DNA of 64,000 nucleotides, from positions 272,986,001 to 273,050,000 of the forward strand of contig OZ024743.1 in NCBI GenBank assembly GCA_964016885.1. Reading direction: 5' to 3'. Origin of the DNA: Eledone cirrhosa (taxonomy: Eukaryota). The notes beneath the pieces are model-generated. The model ran no database searches. It saw only the letters and a program-made list of their open reading frames with translations, and had not been told where the DNA came from. The translations under genes and the position numbers were made by a program. Positions 13,278-27,939 of this stretch are shown here, in pieces. Every line of letters begins with the position of its first letter. The first letter of the stretch is position 1.

Positions 13278-16200
13278 AGAGAGAGAGAGAGAGATTGTAG
13301 TTCAAGAAAAAGATAAATACAGAGATGCAAATACAAAAATTCCTATTAGGCTCACGTTTGAGAAGAAGTAAAAGAAGGTTTCAACATATCGGTAATAAGT
13401 TCTTCGCATGGAGAGTCCAAGTTCGGAGGGATAGAGAAAAGGCTGGAATTTGGAAGGTTGGGAAAAAAATAAAGATGGATTGGGAGAGTAGGTGCGTATT
13501 CCGGCTTGCGAGGTTGGGGGATTCTCGGATTATCTTGGATCTTCTTAGATAATTCTTTTGTTTCTCGTTACTTCGATCATGGCTGATACTGTAAGTGGCA
13601 TGTTTTTTTTAACGTCACAATGAATAGCATTTGCTTTACATATTGGCGTCAATGTTGGTGTAAACAGTAAACATTTGCTCCAGTTTATTTGAATATTGCA
13701 CTTCAACGTCTATGAATTTATATCAAGCCGAAATAGAGATAATCGTCACCCCTCTAGGAATAGATGATGAAGCACCAATAATTTGGTACGCTCATTAAAC
13801 GTAGTCTACCGCCATGTATATACAATCTGCAATATAAAATTCTCTCTGATCTGATGTTAAAATAGACATTTGTATATCAGGTTGTAAAAGCCTAAGTCCA
13901 GTAATTAGAGACACAAAAGAAAAATATAGATTAATACATAGGAATATTCTGTAAAGTAACAACGGAAACGAAAACAATGTTAACAGTAATCTTTCTCTTA
14001 GATTCTGAAGTCAATAATATACTTTATTCAAATATTTCTTAAACATTTCTGAAAAGATTTAGTAATTTCTTGGCTAAGTGCGTACTTTATGTGACACCTA
14101 CCCTAGGTAGATTCTCTTTTACATATTAAAAGTAAACTTTCCGATAACAAAATATTAGTTCGGAGTTCGTAACTAATGGATATTTTCATTGACAGTAAAA
14201 TTATATTTTTGCACTCATTGAATAGTATTCTTAGATATCTACAAAACATTCCTGATAAAAATAGTATTTTTCGATTTACTATGATTTCTTTAGATTTTTT
14301 TTAAAGCATATCTTCCGTTCAGTAACAATTTTATGTTCATATATATTTTCTAGTAGCTTAGCAATTGCACCAGTTTTCCCTTTCCATTGAAGGCAACTAA
14401 TTCTTTATTTCTTTGTACTTCGGTAGCATTTAGAAGTAAATAATTCGTACAAAGCATAGCTCTATCTCTAGTTGAAGACAATTTATTTAGAGATAAATAT
14501 CGACCGAATCTTCTCAAATGTTTTACCTTTTGAACTCTGGTAATTGTGTACATGTATGTGTATGTATATGTGTGTGTGTGTGTGTGTCTGTGTGCGCGCG
14601 CCCGTGTGCGCCCGCGTGTGTGTATGTGTGTGTGTTTTACAAAGTGTACATAATCTCTAATTAGTGATATTGTTTAAAGCTCTTGAAAAATGTCTCAAAA
14701 TCATGATAATAGTGTGAACGTGTGCTTCTTAAGTAGAGAAATATTTCTTATTTATTCACAAATATGTTTTAATTATTTTGCTAAATAATAAAATAAATGA
14801 TTTTAACGTAACCTGAAAACATAATTCTTGTTCTTTTATAATTGTCACACGTTTTCGTTCTTAAATTATATGTTTGCTTCTATTTATAAAATGCGTTACT
14901 GATAATGAAGTAGCACTCTCGCTCGTGCACTGTTTGAATACCATGTTCACTTCAGATAAATAACGCTGATATGTTAAGCACCAATTTAACCCCTTGGGAA
15001 ATCATCTAGTTTTGAATTTTATATGTTAATATATAACTATTTATCTGAAGCACGATAACATTAATCATATTTACTTGTCAACTGTCATCGATCAACCTGA
15101 TATTGAGACGGATGCTACCAGCAAAGCTGAAAAACAAAAGCAAATGTTAGATAGGTGGCATCTATAGTGCAGTTTGCATATGTGAAAAAAAGTTAGAAGA
15201 AATGCTAAAAGATTACATAATATTTACCTTTATTTTGGATGTTTCCAGTGAATTTGTTTGTGTCATTTGTGAAAAACGGGCGGGTAAATATTACGGCAAA
15301 GCCAGATGTTAAGATAGAAAGGGCACGAATGTCACAAAAATGACTGGGAATGTCTAAAGTAATTCTGTATAGCATAAACGGAGACAAGCACATTTATATA
15401 GAGCCACGACATGGAATCCACTTTCGAATACTGCGGAGCACACAAAACCATGTAAAAGCTGGTGATTTGCTGGTTATTACATTTCTATTGATGTTCGTTT
15501 GATTTGAAAAATGACACGTTAAATACACAATATTGTGTAAATGAGTGGAGCATTTCGGCATAACCATAATATTCTGACTTTTCTTTAACAAGTGTTTGGT
15601 TAAACATTTGTTCTTGCTTACAACGCGTGACTATGCATTAATTTCGAAACTGCAAACACATCGTTGAGAAGCAAGATTAATAACCACGCAGTACTGTTAG
15701 GCATAACTTCTACTCAAAAATAAAATGACTCACTGATACAAGTGAAAATCATTGAGAAACATAATTGAGCATTTAATCATTGTAATGATATGTTATAAAG
15801 GATTTTTAACGCTATATACCGCTATATAAATGGTAACAGAAACTATTAGCAATATCGAACAAAAAGCAGAAAACTAAATTGTACAAATAAAACAAATATA
15901 TAAGATCAAACTAAGTCACGAGATCCAATTTTATCGATCGTAATAGTAGGAAACCGACGTGCTTTAATACAATCAGTTTGCAATTGAATTGTTGGGTAGA
16001 CATTTGTGGAATTCGCAAGGGAGGAAAGCAGTTGAATCCTCTGAGGGTTTTCATGATATTGGGGATAGAAACATTGATATGATTGTCGTGGTATTTGGTC
16101 GTTACTAGGTTGTCATTTTGTAATCGAATATTCTATTTATTTTATCATTTCTTGGCTTTCAGATTCAGTCATATCATTTGTTTCATGTTTGTTTTTCTTG

Positions 16201-16479
16201 ATGTTTAACCTTTATGATTAAGGCAGACATTTGCATTTCATTTCGCATGCACGCATGCACGAAAGAAATTAATTATCTAAAGAAGCCTCAGAAAAATGCA
16301 GATAGGAATAAAGGTACTCTGATTAATAAAGGAGTTTGAGAAACACGACGAACACTGATAGATAAAAAATCATTGAAATAAAACAAAAAGGAAATTTTTT
16401 GGAAGACAGTTGGAAGCCGTAACTGTGTGTCGTTAGATCTAATAGGAAAAGAGACATGTCATATATACTTAGTATGCAT

Positions 16480-17015
16480 GTAATAACTTTAAAGATGGAA
16501 TATGCTCGAATGTGTTTTCTGTCTTTCTAAATCAAGTGTGAAGAAGGATTCGAATTTCGAACAGCAAATCTATGAAGAACCTTTCAATTTTACAACACTG
16601 TCGTCAACTACAACGATAAAGGGTTAGAATGTGATGTATTCAGATATTGATGGTTTGGTTATTTTAACGTGTGCAAGATGAGATCATTTCCTCTTATATT
16701 TAACATTGAAGTATTCAAGTACAACATTATATGTGGTATTCCATATCGTTGAACTTATATCAATGCAAGTACAGTGTTCTTGGGTCTTGTACCATCACCC
16801 CTCTTAATGCTATCGGGTAGGCATTGATACTCAAGCAGGAGCCCCCTGCAATGTCTATTGAAACGCTTCTCCCTCGCTATCGCCCGGATTAGCGCTTCCT
16901 CTATTTTCTCCAAAAGGACCACGAGGCAGTTTGTGTCTGTGAATTCGTACACTTGAAAGCGTTCTCCAACACTGTCAGAGATAAAATCATTGGGGTAGCC
17001 ATGATTGACTAATCA
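16480..17015 (-). mobile_element. Possible decayed Penelope-like RT C-terminus/GIY-YIG remnant
   Basis: Minus strand NHGYPNDFI near 16983-17010 resembles the PLE NGYPxxFI motif; downstream frames are broken. Confidence 0.3.
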
Positions 17016-17700
17016 TTTCTGTGTTTTATAAGAGTTTACACCCCCAAATTATCAAACCATCGGTGGATTGTGATTTAAGGCAGTGGATGTACTATTCTTA
17101 ACACAATGAGCGAGAAGGTAAACGATAGATGTATTTCATACAGATAATGTACATAGCGCTGGCTGCTCAAAATTAATGTATAGAATACACAGACAAATAC
17201 ATACTTGATTGATGGAGGTACTCAGCATTTCGACAAATAAATCTCGATTTGAGATCAAATATTGATATACAAGTGAATATACGCAGAACATTAAACATAG
17301 GTTCCAGTTAACAATACTTGCCTTAGGTTTGACTAATTATGGGTAATATAAAAAAGGTAATTGTATTAATTAAAAGCTAACCGCAAACATTGTATGACAG
17401 TAATACATTCTGTGTTTATTAAAAATGTTATTGTCGAAGTACAAACCATTAAATAGTTCTCTCACTATAACAGCATCATATCTTTATATTACCTTTCTGT
17501 GGAGAGTTTAATTGCTTAGACTTAACTCTTTCGTAAGCTATTGACTGTGCTTTCTAGTGATCGTTGTGTATCGAAGTGCCTCTCTATTAATATATTTTCA
17601 TAGATGACATCGTTTTGTATGCTGATAGCATCATATCACACCATTTACGCTCTCACGTTCAGATTGTACTGAACGGTATCGTATATATATATATATATAT

Positions 17701-17881
17701 ATAACGAAGGAAATGTGGTAAGGAACCAGATGGACCATAACGCACGAAAGTACTCAGTACTTAGGGTAGTAGATGGGTAATAGGAACGAGTAGGACCCCG
17801 ACAGTGAGCTCAAGCCGTTTCGACGGCTAATTAGCCGTCGAAACGGCTTGAGCTCAGCCGTCGGGGTCCTACTCGTTCCTA
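17701..17881. mobile_element. Family D fold-back copy in (TA)n
   Basis: Same terminus as 5123. Palindrome 17781-17881 is centred at GACGGCTAA|TTAGCCGTC (17830/17831), inside hammerhead stem II. Confidence 0.85.
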
Positions 17882-17900
17882 TATATATATATATATATAG

Positions 17901-18075
17901 TAATAATAATAAATTTGAAGACTAAAATCCAAAGAAGGCTCGATAAGGATAAATATATATCAAATATATATGAACCGTAGAGCAAATATTTATTAAAATA
18001 ACATATTAAAATTTAAGCAAAGAATCGCTGCTTTCGCCCTTAACGGGATCTTCAGAAGATCTCGTTAAGGGTGAA
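17901..18075 (-). mobile_element. Family E copy with partial hammerhead (18016-18055, minus strand)
   Basis: Minus strand: CTGAAGA-TCCC(GTTAA)GGGC-GAAAGCA-GCGA-TTCTT. The 5' strand of stem I is replaced by the fold-back at 18054. Confidence 0.65.
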
Positions 18076-19098
18076 CTCTATGGATATATATATAAATATA
18101 TGTATATATATATATACATGTGAACGGCATCGTATATATATATATATACATGTGAGAAAGAGATTGAAGTGGGATAGTAGTATGCAGCTCGCGTGCATGC
18201 TACAAATAGAATTATTGAAACTTGTTGACTAGGAACTCGACAAGGGAAAGTACAAATGTATACAGATATACTTGTTCATGCGTACGTCACCGTGTATACG
18301 TTTTCCTTCCATATTTATTAAATTTACCCGTTTATATTTGCTATGTTTATCGAATAAAATGGTTTCCATATCAGATACAATGACAGAAAGTTTGAGTGAA
18401 AGGATAGTCGATTGCATCCATAAGAGGACTTAATTTCTGCCATATTTTATCGTTCCGGTAAGGATGAAATGCAAAACAAACGTGAACGGGATTTGAACCC
18501 AGAACGTAAAAAGCAGGAATATGCATAAAACATTTATGCTAATGCTCAAACAATTCTGTCATTTCACCTTTGTTTTTATGAAAGAACTGGTGTATAGTTT
18601 GTTCTGAGCTCCGATTATATTTAAATATATCAAATTAATGTTGTTATGTCAAGCCTAAACAAATAATAATTTCACATGTTATTGCAAGAAATACAAACGG
18701 AAAAAAGGTATCAGTTATTAACGGATAATCTCAAATTAGATAATTAGAAATCATTTAAGTACATTCATATTGGTCCATTACATTTCCGAATTAATTGAAC
18801 ATTTTCGCGCACACTAAATAACTAAATATATTTTTCCCTGACAGTTTAACATCAAAGTAAATGATACATTAATATTGACATCGTATGATAGACTCACTAT
18901 TTTATTTCTATCGATGTAAGTATCGTTCTAATATATGATAGGTAAAATCAGTCGTAAGCTTTAGGTGATCAAAATAAAACATTAGTCGACCAGATATAAT
19001 TTTTTTTACATTTCATTTGTATCTAAAGAGTAATCAATCGAAAATAGGAAAGAACTAGACAGTTGTTTACATGTAGAATTATTTTCCGCAACCATATA

Positions 19099-19876
19099 CG
19101 AGGTGTGTCAGAAAAGTAACAGGACTATGTGTGTTGTGTGAACTGAAAGTGAGGTATCGATTAGAAGGTTGCATTATCATGTGACGTAATATCAATGGGT
19201 ATATAACTGCGTTCACAGCTCTCTGCAACTAATGTGTGTTTTTTCACCTGCTTTTGTTAACAACTCCTCAATTTTAGGCCGTCGTACGATGGGCAAAAAA
19301 AGAAAACAAAAACATCTGAAGTTTCTGGTCCGGCTGAAGAGAACTCCATCAGCAGCATTCAGAATACTGCAGCTAGTGTACACAGATAAGACGATGTTGA
19401 TCGAGTGAGGTACTTGGTATGTGGCGATCGTCGGCTGACTGTTCAGCTGATCGCAAGTCAGCTGGGCAGGGAACAGGACAGGTTATCCCCGAAGATTTGG
19501 GTATGCGAAACATCTCCATGTAGATGGTACCGAAGCTACTGAATGATGACCTGAAGCAGCAATGCATGCAGGTGTATAAAAACATTCTCGATCGGCTTGA
19601 CACCAAATCAGACCCTTTTCGTTATCCCAAACTCAAGAAACTCATCAAGGTGGACCTGTTTGCCGGACGTGGAATCCATTAAGATGACAGTAACAATGGA
19701 ATTGCGGAGAATCCCGTCAGAATCCTTCTGGGAGTGCATAGAGGAGTGGCGGTGAAGGATAGAAAAGTGCATTAGACTCGATGGGGATTATTTCGAATGA
19801 GAAAACTTGTAGTTTGTAGTCTGGACTGGAAATACCTTTTGACACACCAGTCTTGTTTCTTTTTTGACACAACATG
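19099..19876 (+). mobile_element. Internally deleted mariner (Tc1/mariner) transposon
   Basis: TA-flanked imperfect TIRs CGAGGTGTGTCAGAAAAGTAACAGGACT / AGTCTTGTTTCTTTTTGACACAACATG. Peptides DRRLTVQLIASQLG, EDLGMRNIS..VPKLLNDDLKQ, YPKLKK and EKCIRLDGDYFE are present, but the DD34D core is missing. Confidence 0.9.
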
Positions 19877-20059
19877 TATATCAACCGTTTAGGTCAGGGG
19901 CGATTAATATAAGCCGACGCACGCGTACACACACAACAATTTCACATATATATATAAATCTGTGAACGAACCCAGTGGAATAGCGATCCGTATAACTCAG
20001 TCCGTTCCAGGTTTGAACGTGGGATAGCGCAAATCAATACCACAGAGTTCACACAATAC

Positions 20060-21010
20060 TTTAGTTGTCATCATCCGGCGGCCTTAGCCGAAATCGACTC
20101 AAGAATTGATCTCCACATGGTTCTGTCGTTCATTGCCGTTGCTAAGTTCTGGATTTCAATACTTGAATCTCTGGAGATGACATCGGTATAGGAGAGCTTG
20201 CGCCCCCTGTTATTAGTGACTGCTTGTGGTTTCCAAAGTACTAATGGGGAACACGGCCTCATAGGTGGTACGATAACAGTGGCCAACAAATCTTACTCAC
20301 CTTTTACGTACAACGGCAAATATGCGTGGGAGGCTGGCATATATCTCTCTCAAAGTCAGATGTCGCCAGCTTATGTTCAGAATGCGTTAAAGCAGGCGAG
20401 TGTAAGTACCATCAAGGCGCTTTTGTTGTTTGGATGAAAGAGTCAATGTTTCACTTCCATATAGCAAGATTGGTTGAATTGTTACTTGGAAGAGTCTGAT
20501 TTTGATGTGGTTGAAAAGATTTGAACACCAAATTCGATCCACCTTGTTACAAGCTGACCATGCTTGGGCCTTACTGGTGGCGAAATCTTTCTCAGTGTCC
20601 ATGATCCAGGACCTAAGATACTTGAAATACTCGACTTACTTGATATCACTGCCGTTGTTGCTTTTATGTTGTTGCCTGTACAGTTTCATATTTACTCTGA
20701 TTTACCCTTGTTGAGATGCAGGCCAGTGAGGGCGGCTGTTTCCTGGAGAGATGTCAAACATTGTTGCACATTTTCTAGGCAATCTGCAAGAAGTGCAATG
20801 CCATCCGCAAAGTCAAGGTCAGTGAGATGTTTAGAGGGGTGCCTAGAGCTCATGCGGGGTTTCATGTTTATACCTTTGTTATTGATTGTGTCAATTGAGA
20901 GTCTCAGGGCGTAGTCTAGTGCAATGATAATGAGGAATGGAGAAAGAATGTCACCCTGCAGCACTCCTGTTGAGATGTCAAAGATCTCTGTTGGGCCATC
21001 AGGCTCTGTA
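20060..21010 (-). mobile_element. RTE-like LINE 3' fragment with RT motifs
   Basis: GVLQGDILSPFLIIIALDY, LTDLDFADGIALL, GLHLNKGKSE, QPILLYGSETLTL and LDGTYTRLL, frameshifted. Confidence 0.9.
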
Positions 21011-21202
21011 TCTCAACAGAAGTGCCACTATCAACACGTTAGTTGTAATAGAGACGACTGCAGGTATTATAGTAAATTGTGTACCAAACAGTTCCGGAAT
21101 AAATTTTGTTTCTGAGAGTACGGCCTGATAAGAGATATGTAGCTGTAGCTGTCATTCACACACAAACACATACATCCCACACACTATACACACACAACCT
21201 CC

Positions 21203-21264
<62 letters not shown>

Positions 21265-23419
21265 GTATATTAGGTAACTACAGTTATAGGCGCCGTTCGA
21301 AGAACGCAATGCTTTTAGGAGGTCCGCCTTATTTCGGGTTGTGCACTAGAGTTAATGCGGATGTAGTGTGTAGAGTATATAGAGTAAGAAGAACCTCATG
21401 AGGTATGCGAGTTTATATGTATAAACACATATAAACTTGCGTATCTTACTAGCTGTCGAAGAAGAGTCGGGCCCCTTCATTTTCATTGTATCCTGAGTTG
21501 ATAATATCGAAACAATTGTAATATGACAATAAAGTTTGAACATATGCTGCAACACTGACTTGGAATCTACTTACCCCCCTCTCTCTTTCTATATCTCTCT
21601 CTCTCTCTATATATATATATAATGTGTGTGTATCTGTGTGTGCGTGTGTGTGTCTGTATGTGTGCATAAAAGGTCGATACACAAATTATCCGACGACAGA
21701 CTGCGGAAAATGATGTATTTGGTGCTGTTGGAGGGCTATCCTAGCACTGTTCGAAGTACGTCTGGAACGCTTCTTCCAGAAGGGCGCTTAGCCCCAAAGT
21801 CGTAGTTAGCTTAGAATGTATTTGTTTCGAAACTGTTTCGTCAAATATATTTCATAGATTAACTTTTTAATAAAAGCAACTTTTCGAAAGGGTTTTCGTT
21901 CTCTATAAAGAAACCTATATAAATTATAAATAGTGAAATATCCAAGTGGGAGAATATACTGATGTATCAATTATCAATATTTTCTAAAGTGTCAGCTGAT
22001 ATTCGTTTTGTGATAAATTGTGTTGCAGTCAAAATTTCATGAATTAAATTCTATATTTCTAGGTTCCAGCCTGATTAGGTGATGTCTAAATTAAAATTTT
22101 ATATTGTATATCTACAACAATATCAAGTGGCTAATTTTGTGTCATCCTTACCGAGATGTTGCTACAAATATCGTCACCTTGTCATATTATTTAGTAACAA
22201 AAAAAAAAGACATTCAACTATAACTAGACGGCTCCATAGAAATTCCAAGGTTTAATTAGAAACAGCCACACAAATTAGATATCAATATGACATTTAACAT
22301 TTTTTATTTATATTATATACATTAAAAAAAATAATATAATAGTCAGTGATCTAAAAAAAGATGGTATTGTTGCTAAGAGACGCACCTGCACCGTCACCAT
22401 TCTCCCCTTTCCATAAATAATTATTACAGGCGCGAATGAAAGGAAAGAGTCAGCGTTGCCGTCACCACTACCACTCTCGCCCACTCTCTCACTCATACAT
22501 TCTTACCTTCTCATTTTCAATGTGACTGATATTTTACACGAAATGTAATTTGATGCATGTATAAACCACCAACCAAATGTTCGGTGTCATGGAAACTCCA
22601 TATATATAACACTCTAAAACGTGTGTCATTCGGTTTTGAAATGAAATTCATAGAATTTCTTTCAAAAATATTAGTTTTCCAAATGGATGTCTATAGATGC
22701 ACCTCTATCAGTATAACATAAACGTAATTATATCTAGTTGAGATACCCTGTATGACAGTCAATATATAATAATTACCATTGTATGGAAATAACGTTTAGC
22801 TTTGGAACAATTTGATATGTTCTAGATACCTGAAGAATTTCTATACGTTTTCTTTTTCCCTTTTTGTTTATCCTTCGTTTTCTTTTCGTAACCTCGGGAC
22901 GATGAGAAAATGCTGACTGAGACAATGGAGTAGATCTTAGAATAATCTTTAAATTTCTGTTTGGGTCTCTAAAGAGTCTGTATTGTTTGACGAAATACAG
23001 TAAATTAGCATCTGAAGACAATATAAAAATGGCCTGGATTATTTTCTGCCGTAAAGCTTTAACATTGTGCATAATCTGTGTTCATTAAGGATATAACTAA
23101 TATTGATTTGTGAACCTAGACGCAAGACCATACAGATGTCTAATTAAGTGAATTGGCAGAAGCATTAGAGCGTTAACGAAATGCCTTACCCTATTTATTT
23201 CTGAGTCTTGAGTTCAAATCTCATTCATATTATATTTTTAACTAAGGAATACTATCTAAACAATACAAATTAAGTTAATGCCACCATATTAAATGTAGTG
23301 ATGAAAAACAAAGAATTGATTCTTAATATGTGGTGAGCTATAAACATCCTATCACTGACTAACATTATTTTAATCTTATATTCCCAAGTACGGATGACAA
23401 GTCGTGATATGGTGTAGTC

Positions 23420-24200
23420 TTGTTAGTATATGGGCGAAGGTCTTCTTAACGACCATAAATATGGCCTCCGTGAATCTAGATCTACTTCGAAATCTACTTA
23501 CTCTCTTGTGTCACTCACCAAATCTAAGAAAAATGCACGAAAAGCACCCTCTAATGGGTTTATGCTAAATATGTCTCTTTCAACGAAAACATTTAAAAGC
23601 ACTGTTCATCATACCCAACCTTCCCTAACCATGAATATCATATGGCTGAAGCCCCCGCAATCTATGCAAACGCTATTAATAACCTTTGATAACACATGAA
23701 TAACATATATTCTCAAAACGGATGGGCCCACATACTGGGGGTTTCTCTGCTCTATAGAGCTAGAAAATGCGCCCCAACATCTATAGGCTTTCTAAATGGT
23801 TCAGGTAAGTCCCATAATGAGGTATGCGCCCACATCTGTAACGGAGTTGATGTTGCTCGCACTGCCATTCTATTAAAATTCTAGTCGAAAGCCACTCAAC
23901 AAATCTATATACACTCACTCAATGTTACTTTCTGGCCTCTGGCCGATAAAAATGTTGTTTTCTCTCTCTGTCTGTTTTAACGTTACTATTATCGGCTATG
24001 CACCCCGTAAATTCTTTGTTGAATGTCGCCTTTTTCACGTTCTCTCGGCTTATTCATCTCTCCTCTCAATACATTCTACTAAATGCTACATGCGCTGCAA
24101 TAGACATCACGGCCAAGCCATTTTGCTAAGAACGTCAGGTTATTGAAACTACCTCTCAGCTGATATTTATCCAAAAGGAGTGGATTTGCAACACTAGCGG
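23420..24200 (+). mobile_element. Decayed Jockey/CR1-like LINE remnant
   Basis: GLLNDHKYGLRESRST (QYGFRxxRST motif) and LLYRARK in broken frames. Confidence 0.5.
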
Positions 24201-24901
24201 CCCCTTCTGTTTAGGAGGATATTTAAAGTATATAGACACCGATCCTACCAGCAGACCTATCGAGTAAAAAGAATGAGTTAATTAAATTGCTTGTTTTTTA
24301 TCCTGACGTCAGTATTACGACACGTAACAGACTGTAATGTTTTAGTTTAAATGTTATCTCTGGTTAATTCTCTACCCTATATTTGTTGAAATATGGGACA
24401 GGTACTGATGTATTTTGTGTTTTAGCCATACATGAGGCGTGATCGAAGGTACACACACTATACTATTTTTTTTTATATCAGCGAATTCTCTGTCGTGCTT
24501 TCCCGTTTGTTCTTCAATGAGTCTACATTATGCCTTGGACGAGATTTAGCTGTTATCTCTAACAGCTGAAATTACCTCATGGCATTCCCTTCGTTGTCTT
24601 GCATTCGGAATAATTATATCGTCAACTGAAAGACAGAAAATTAACGGCTTTATCATAGTCTCATCATAGAATTTTATAATTATTTTTATAGATTGCACAA
24701 ATTTTAAACACATTTTGTGATGATTTTTTCAGTCCGTATAAACATAGTATACACATCTTACTGTGAAAACGCAAGCAAATTTGAAAAACACTCCGTTATC
24801 CACTTCATACAGAACACACATGTAATCACATTTTCATTCATCAGCATAATTTACGATGTGCTACAAATATAGCAGAGTTAAGTAGTCAAAACATACATAT
24901 A

Positions 24902-25040
24902 ATTGTTTCTACTTTTGGCACAAGGCCAGCAATTATCCAGTACATTAATGGTACTTTATTTTATCGACCCCGTAAGAATGAAAGGCAAAGTTAACCTCGA
25001 CGGGATTTGAACTCAGACCGTAATAGGGCGTAACTATGCT
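24902..25040 (-). mobile_element. SINE copy (5'-truncated)
   Basis: SINE core sequence, flanked by the AAAACATACATATAAT duplication. Confidence 0.85.
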
Positions 25041-26087
25041 ACATATATATAATGGAAAACATACATATAATGGAACATATACATTATGTATATGATGATA
25101 TGACATATTATATATAGGTTAGAGAGCTTGAGCAATACATTCCCACAACGGAAGCTGTTAATGTCATTTATTTTAATTCTTTGTCAATGTATACATTTAT
25201 GCGTTCATAAATGATTATGTACGTATTGGAACACTGTCAAGCGTTTTCCTTAAAAACTTTTACCGCTTGATTTATCCTCCTTCTAGGTGTATAGATGTAA
25301 TTTCCTTTCTTGCTGTTGTTGTTTATCTGCATGTTAGCTCCGAGAAAGCCAGTCGAGGAGTTGAGCGATCATGTTCTGAAAATCTGAATAAACTTTATAG
25401 AATATATCCACACAACCTTCTGAATAATGGTTTTACGTCGTAACATTCGGTGAAATATTTTCTATGCAGTTTGCAAATAGTTTATGCATATTTTGTAGAA
25501 TAAATTGAAGATAAATCTAATGTAGTTATAATCAGTACATTTCATACGCCACTCTATAAAATATAAGCAAATGGGGGAAAATGATGTTATTACACAGAAA
25601 ACTGATGGGAAATTGCATGTATATGCTTCAGATCAAAATGGTTGATCACTAGGACAAATGCACTTATTTCGTCAACAGAGATTGTTCATTTCCAAACGCT
25701 ATTTATATGAAATATAAAGATCATCCGACTGTGTGAAAGATAAAGTTTACCTCTCGTGGCTTTCTGTATTCGACCTGAATAAGCGATTGTTTTTCACTTT
25801 TGTTTACGCTTTCACTGGGCGGAATATGCACTACTGCTTAAAACATCAAATTTATTTGAGAAATTCTAGTATATACGCTGGTTCTTCCATAAATACTTAT
25901 CGACTTCTTAGATAACAGTAAATATTTATCATTCAAGTATATTATTCGTAGGCTTCATTTTGTGTAAATATCTCAAGTAACGATACAGTAAAGAAATCAA
26001 TTTCAATACAGTTGAGTGAATTTTCTGTTTGTGTACATTTTCTTACATTTCCATACAGAGTGTTCCTTTGACTTCAAATAATTAATA

Positions 26088-26270
26088 ACTGTTTCTACTT
26101 TTGGCACAAGGCCAGCAATTATCCCAGTGTATTACTGGTACTTTTTTATCGACCCCGTAGGATGAAAGGCAAAGTTAACCTCGGCGGGATTTGAACTCAG
26201 ACCATAAAGGGCCGTAACTCTTTGCTGCAAAGCATGGCGTCAGACCCAATACCGATACTGCCAATCCACC
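26088..26270 (-). mobile_element. Full-length SINE with TSD
   Basis: Complete consensus, with flanks CTTCAAA(A)TAATTAATAA on both sides. Confidence 0.9.
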
Positions 26271-26619
26271 GACCTTCAAATAATTAATAATATGACTAAA
26301 ACTAATTGCATCTACTCCTGATGGAAGACTTTTCTAAGAAAGATTAACTTTCTTGCTTCAGTACTTATCGAGATTCAATTTTTTCGTTCTCTCTAAATAC
26401 AACAGTAGAAAATGATGATACGCGACAAAATAGATGCAAATATTCAGAATGGGAACAAATGGGTATCTAGTTCGTACTAGTATGCATAGATAAATTTCAT
26501 TCATAAATTTTTTACATACATACACACATACAAACACACACATACAAACACAGACACACGCACACACATCCACACTCACACCCACACCCACACCCACACC
26601 CACACACAAACACATGCAC

Positions 26620-26689
<70 letters not shown>

Positions 26690-26703
26690 GTGTATATATA
26701 TAT

Positions 26704-26769
<66 letters not shown>

Positions 26770-26915
26770 ATACTTTGGGAGGGTCGTGTTGCCAATAGGA
26801 AACACACGCATCAGTTGCTTTCACTTCAATTTATTATAATAAATTTATAAATTTAGGAATCTATAAATGTCCGGTTGGTTGGTTGGTTCCACAACCAGAT
26901 GGTTGTTTATATATT

Positions 26916-26958
26916 GTCAAAGTTCTTTCGTCACACATTCTGTGACCTCTTCAGTTAC
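26916..26958 (-). ncRNA. Minimal hammerhead (family F, left arm)
   Basis: Minus strand: GTAA-CTGAAGA-G-GTCAC(AGAATGT)GTGAC-GAAAG-AA-CTT-TGAC. Core intact, CUU triplet, one stem I mismatch. Confidence 0.7.
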
Positions 26959-27110
26959 TGGGAATTCTTTTCTTTGTTTTTTGTGGCTCTCCTTTGTTCT
27001 GCCTTACGCCTTCTTGTTTTTGTGTGACACACAAAAACGAGATGGCGTAGGACAGAACAAAGGAGAGGCACAAAAAAAACAAAAACAAAAAACAAAGAGA
27101 AGAATCCCCA

Positions 27111-27153
27111 GTCACTGAAGAGGTCACATAATGAGTGACGAATGAACTTTGAC
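27111..27153 (+). ncRNA. Minimal hammerhead (family F, right arm), GAAA>GAAT
   Basis: GTCA-CTGAAGA-G-GTCAC(ATAATGA)GTGAC-GAATG-AA-CTT-TGAC. Perfect stem I GTCA/TGAC. Confidence 0.65.
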
Positions 27154-27443
27154 AATATATAAACAACCATCTGGTTGTAGAACCAAACAACCAACCGGAA
27201 ATTTATAAATTCCTAAATTTATAAATTGATTATAATAAATTGAAGTGAAATCAACTGATGCGTGTGTTTCTTATTGGCAACATGACCCTCCAAAGTATAA
27301 CAATATCGGTTTCAACACACGTTTTCAGATAAAGAATCTTGCTAAACAAATTCAGAAACGAAATATATATATATATATCATGTTTAATGTAGAACTGTCT
27401 TTTACAGGACTAGAAGTGATTCATTTAAAAGACTTCATAATCG

Positions 27444-27543
<100 letters not shown>

Positions 27544-27939
27544 TATATAAGTATATATATATGAAGTTATAGATTATATCAGACTGTAAATAATTTAATG
27601 ACTCTTATAGTATCCAGGTTTTATGGTTGAAATGCAGAAGACAGTTAAGAGAACAAATCGACTCACACGGGCGCATACACAGACACAAACATATACAACC
27701 GCCCACACAAAGACTTGTTTAATATCTCGAATTTAAAGGAATATTTTTATGAGGTTACATTTAGCTGTGAAGATAAAGTAATAAATATAAATTATTTCAA
27801 TATTCCTACTATGAATATAGCCTCAGCATAAGCTATTTCATTGCAGCTTGATATCGTATGCTACTGAATAAAAAAAAATGTTGTTGTACTCTTCATTTTA
27901 TTCCTGCCACAGGAAATAAAAACGTGAAACTCTATATAG

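Larger units (their letters stand above)
26762..27306. mobile_element. Palindromic PLE-like element (family F) adjoining (TA)n
   Basis: 26762-27010 is the diverged reverse complement of 27040-27306, and each arm carries a hammerhead. Confidence 0.85.

Noticed and set aside
21495-21530. GAT(AAT)ATC-GAAAC-AATT-GTA hammerhead-like 3' half
   Set aside because: The upstream box reads CTGAGTT and stem I does not pair convincingly.
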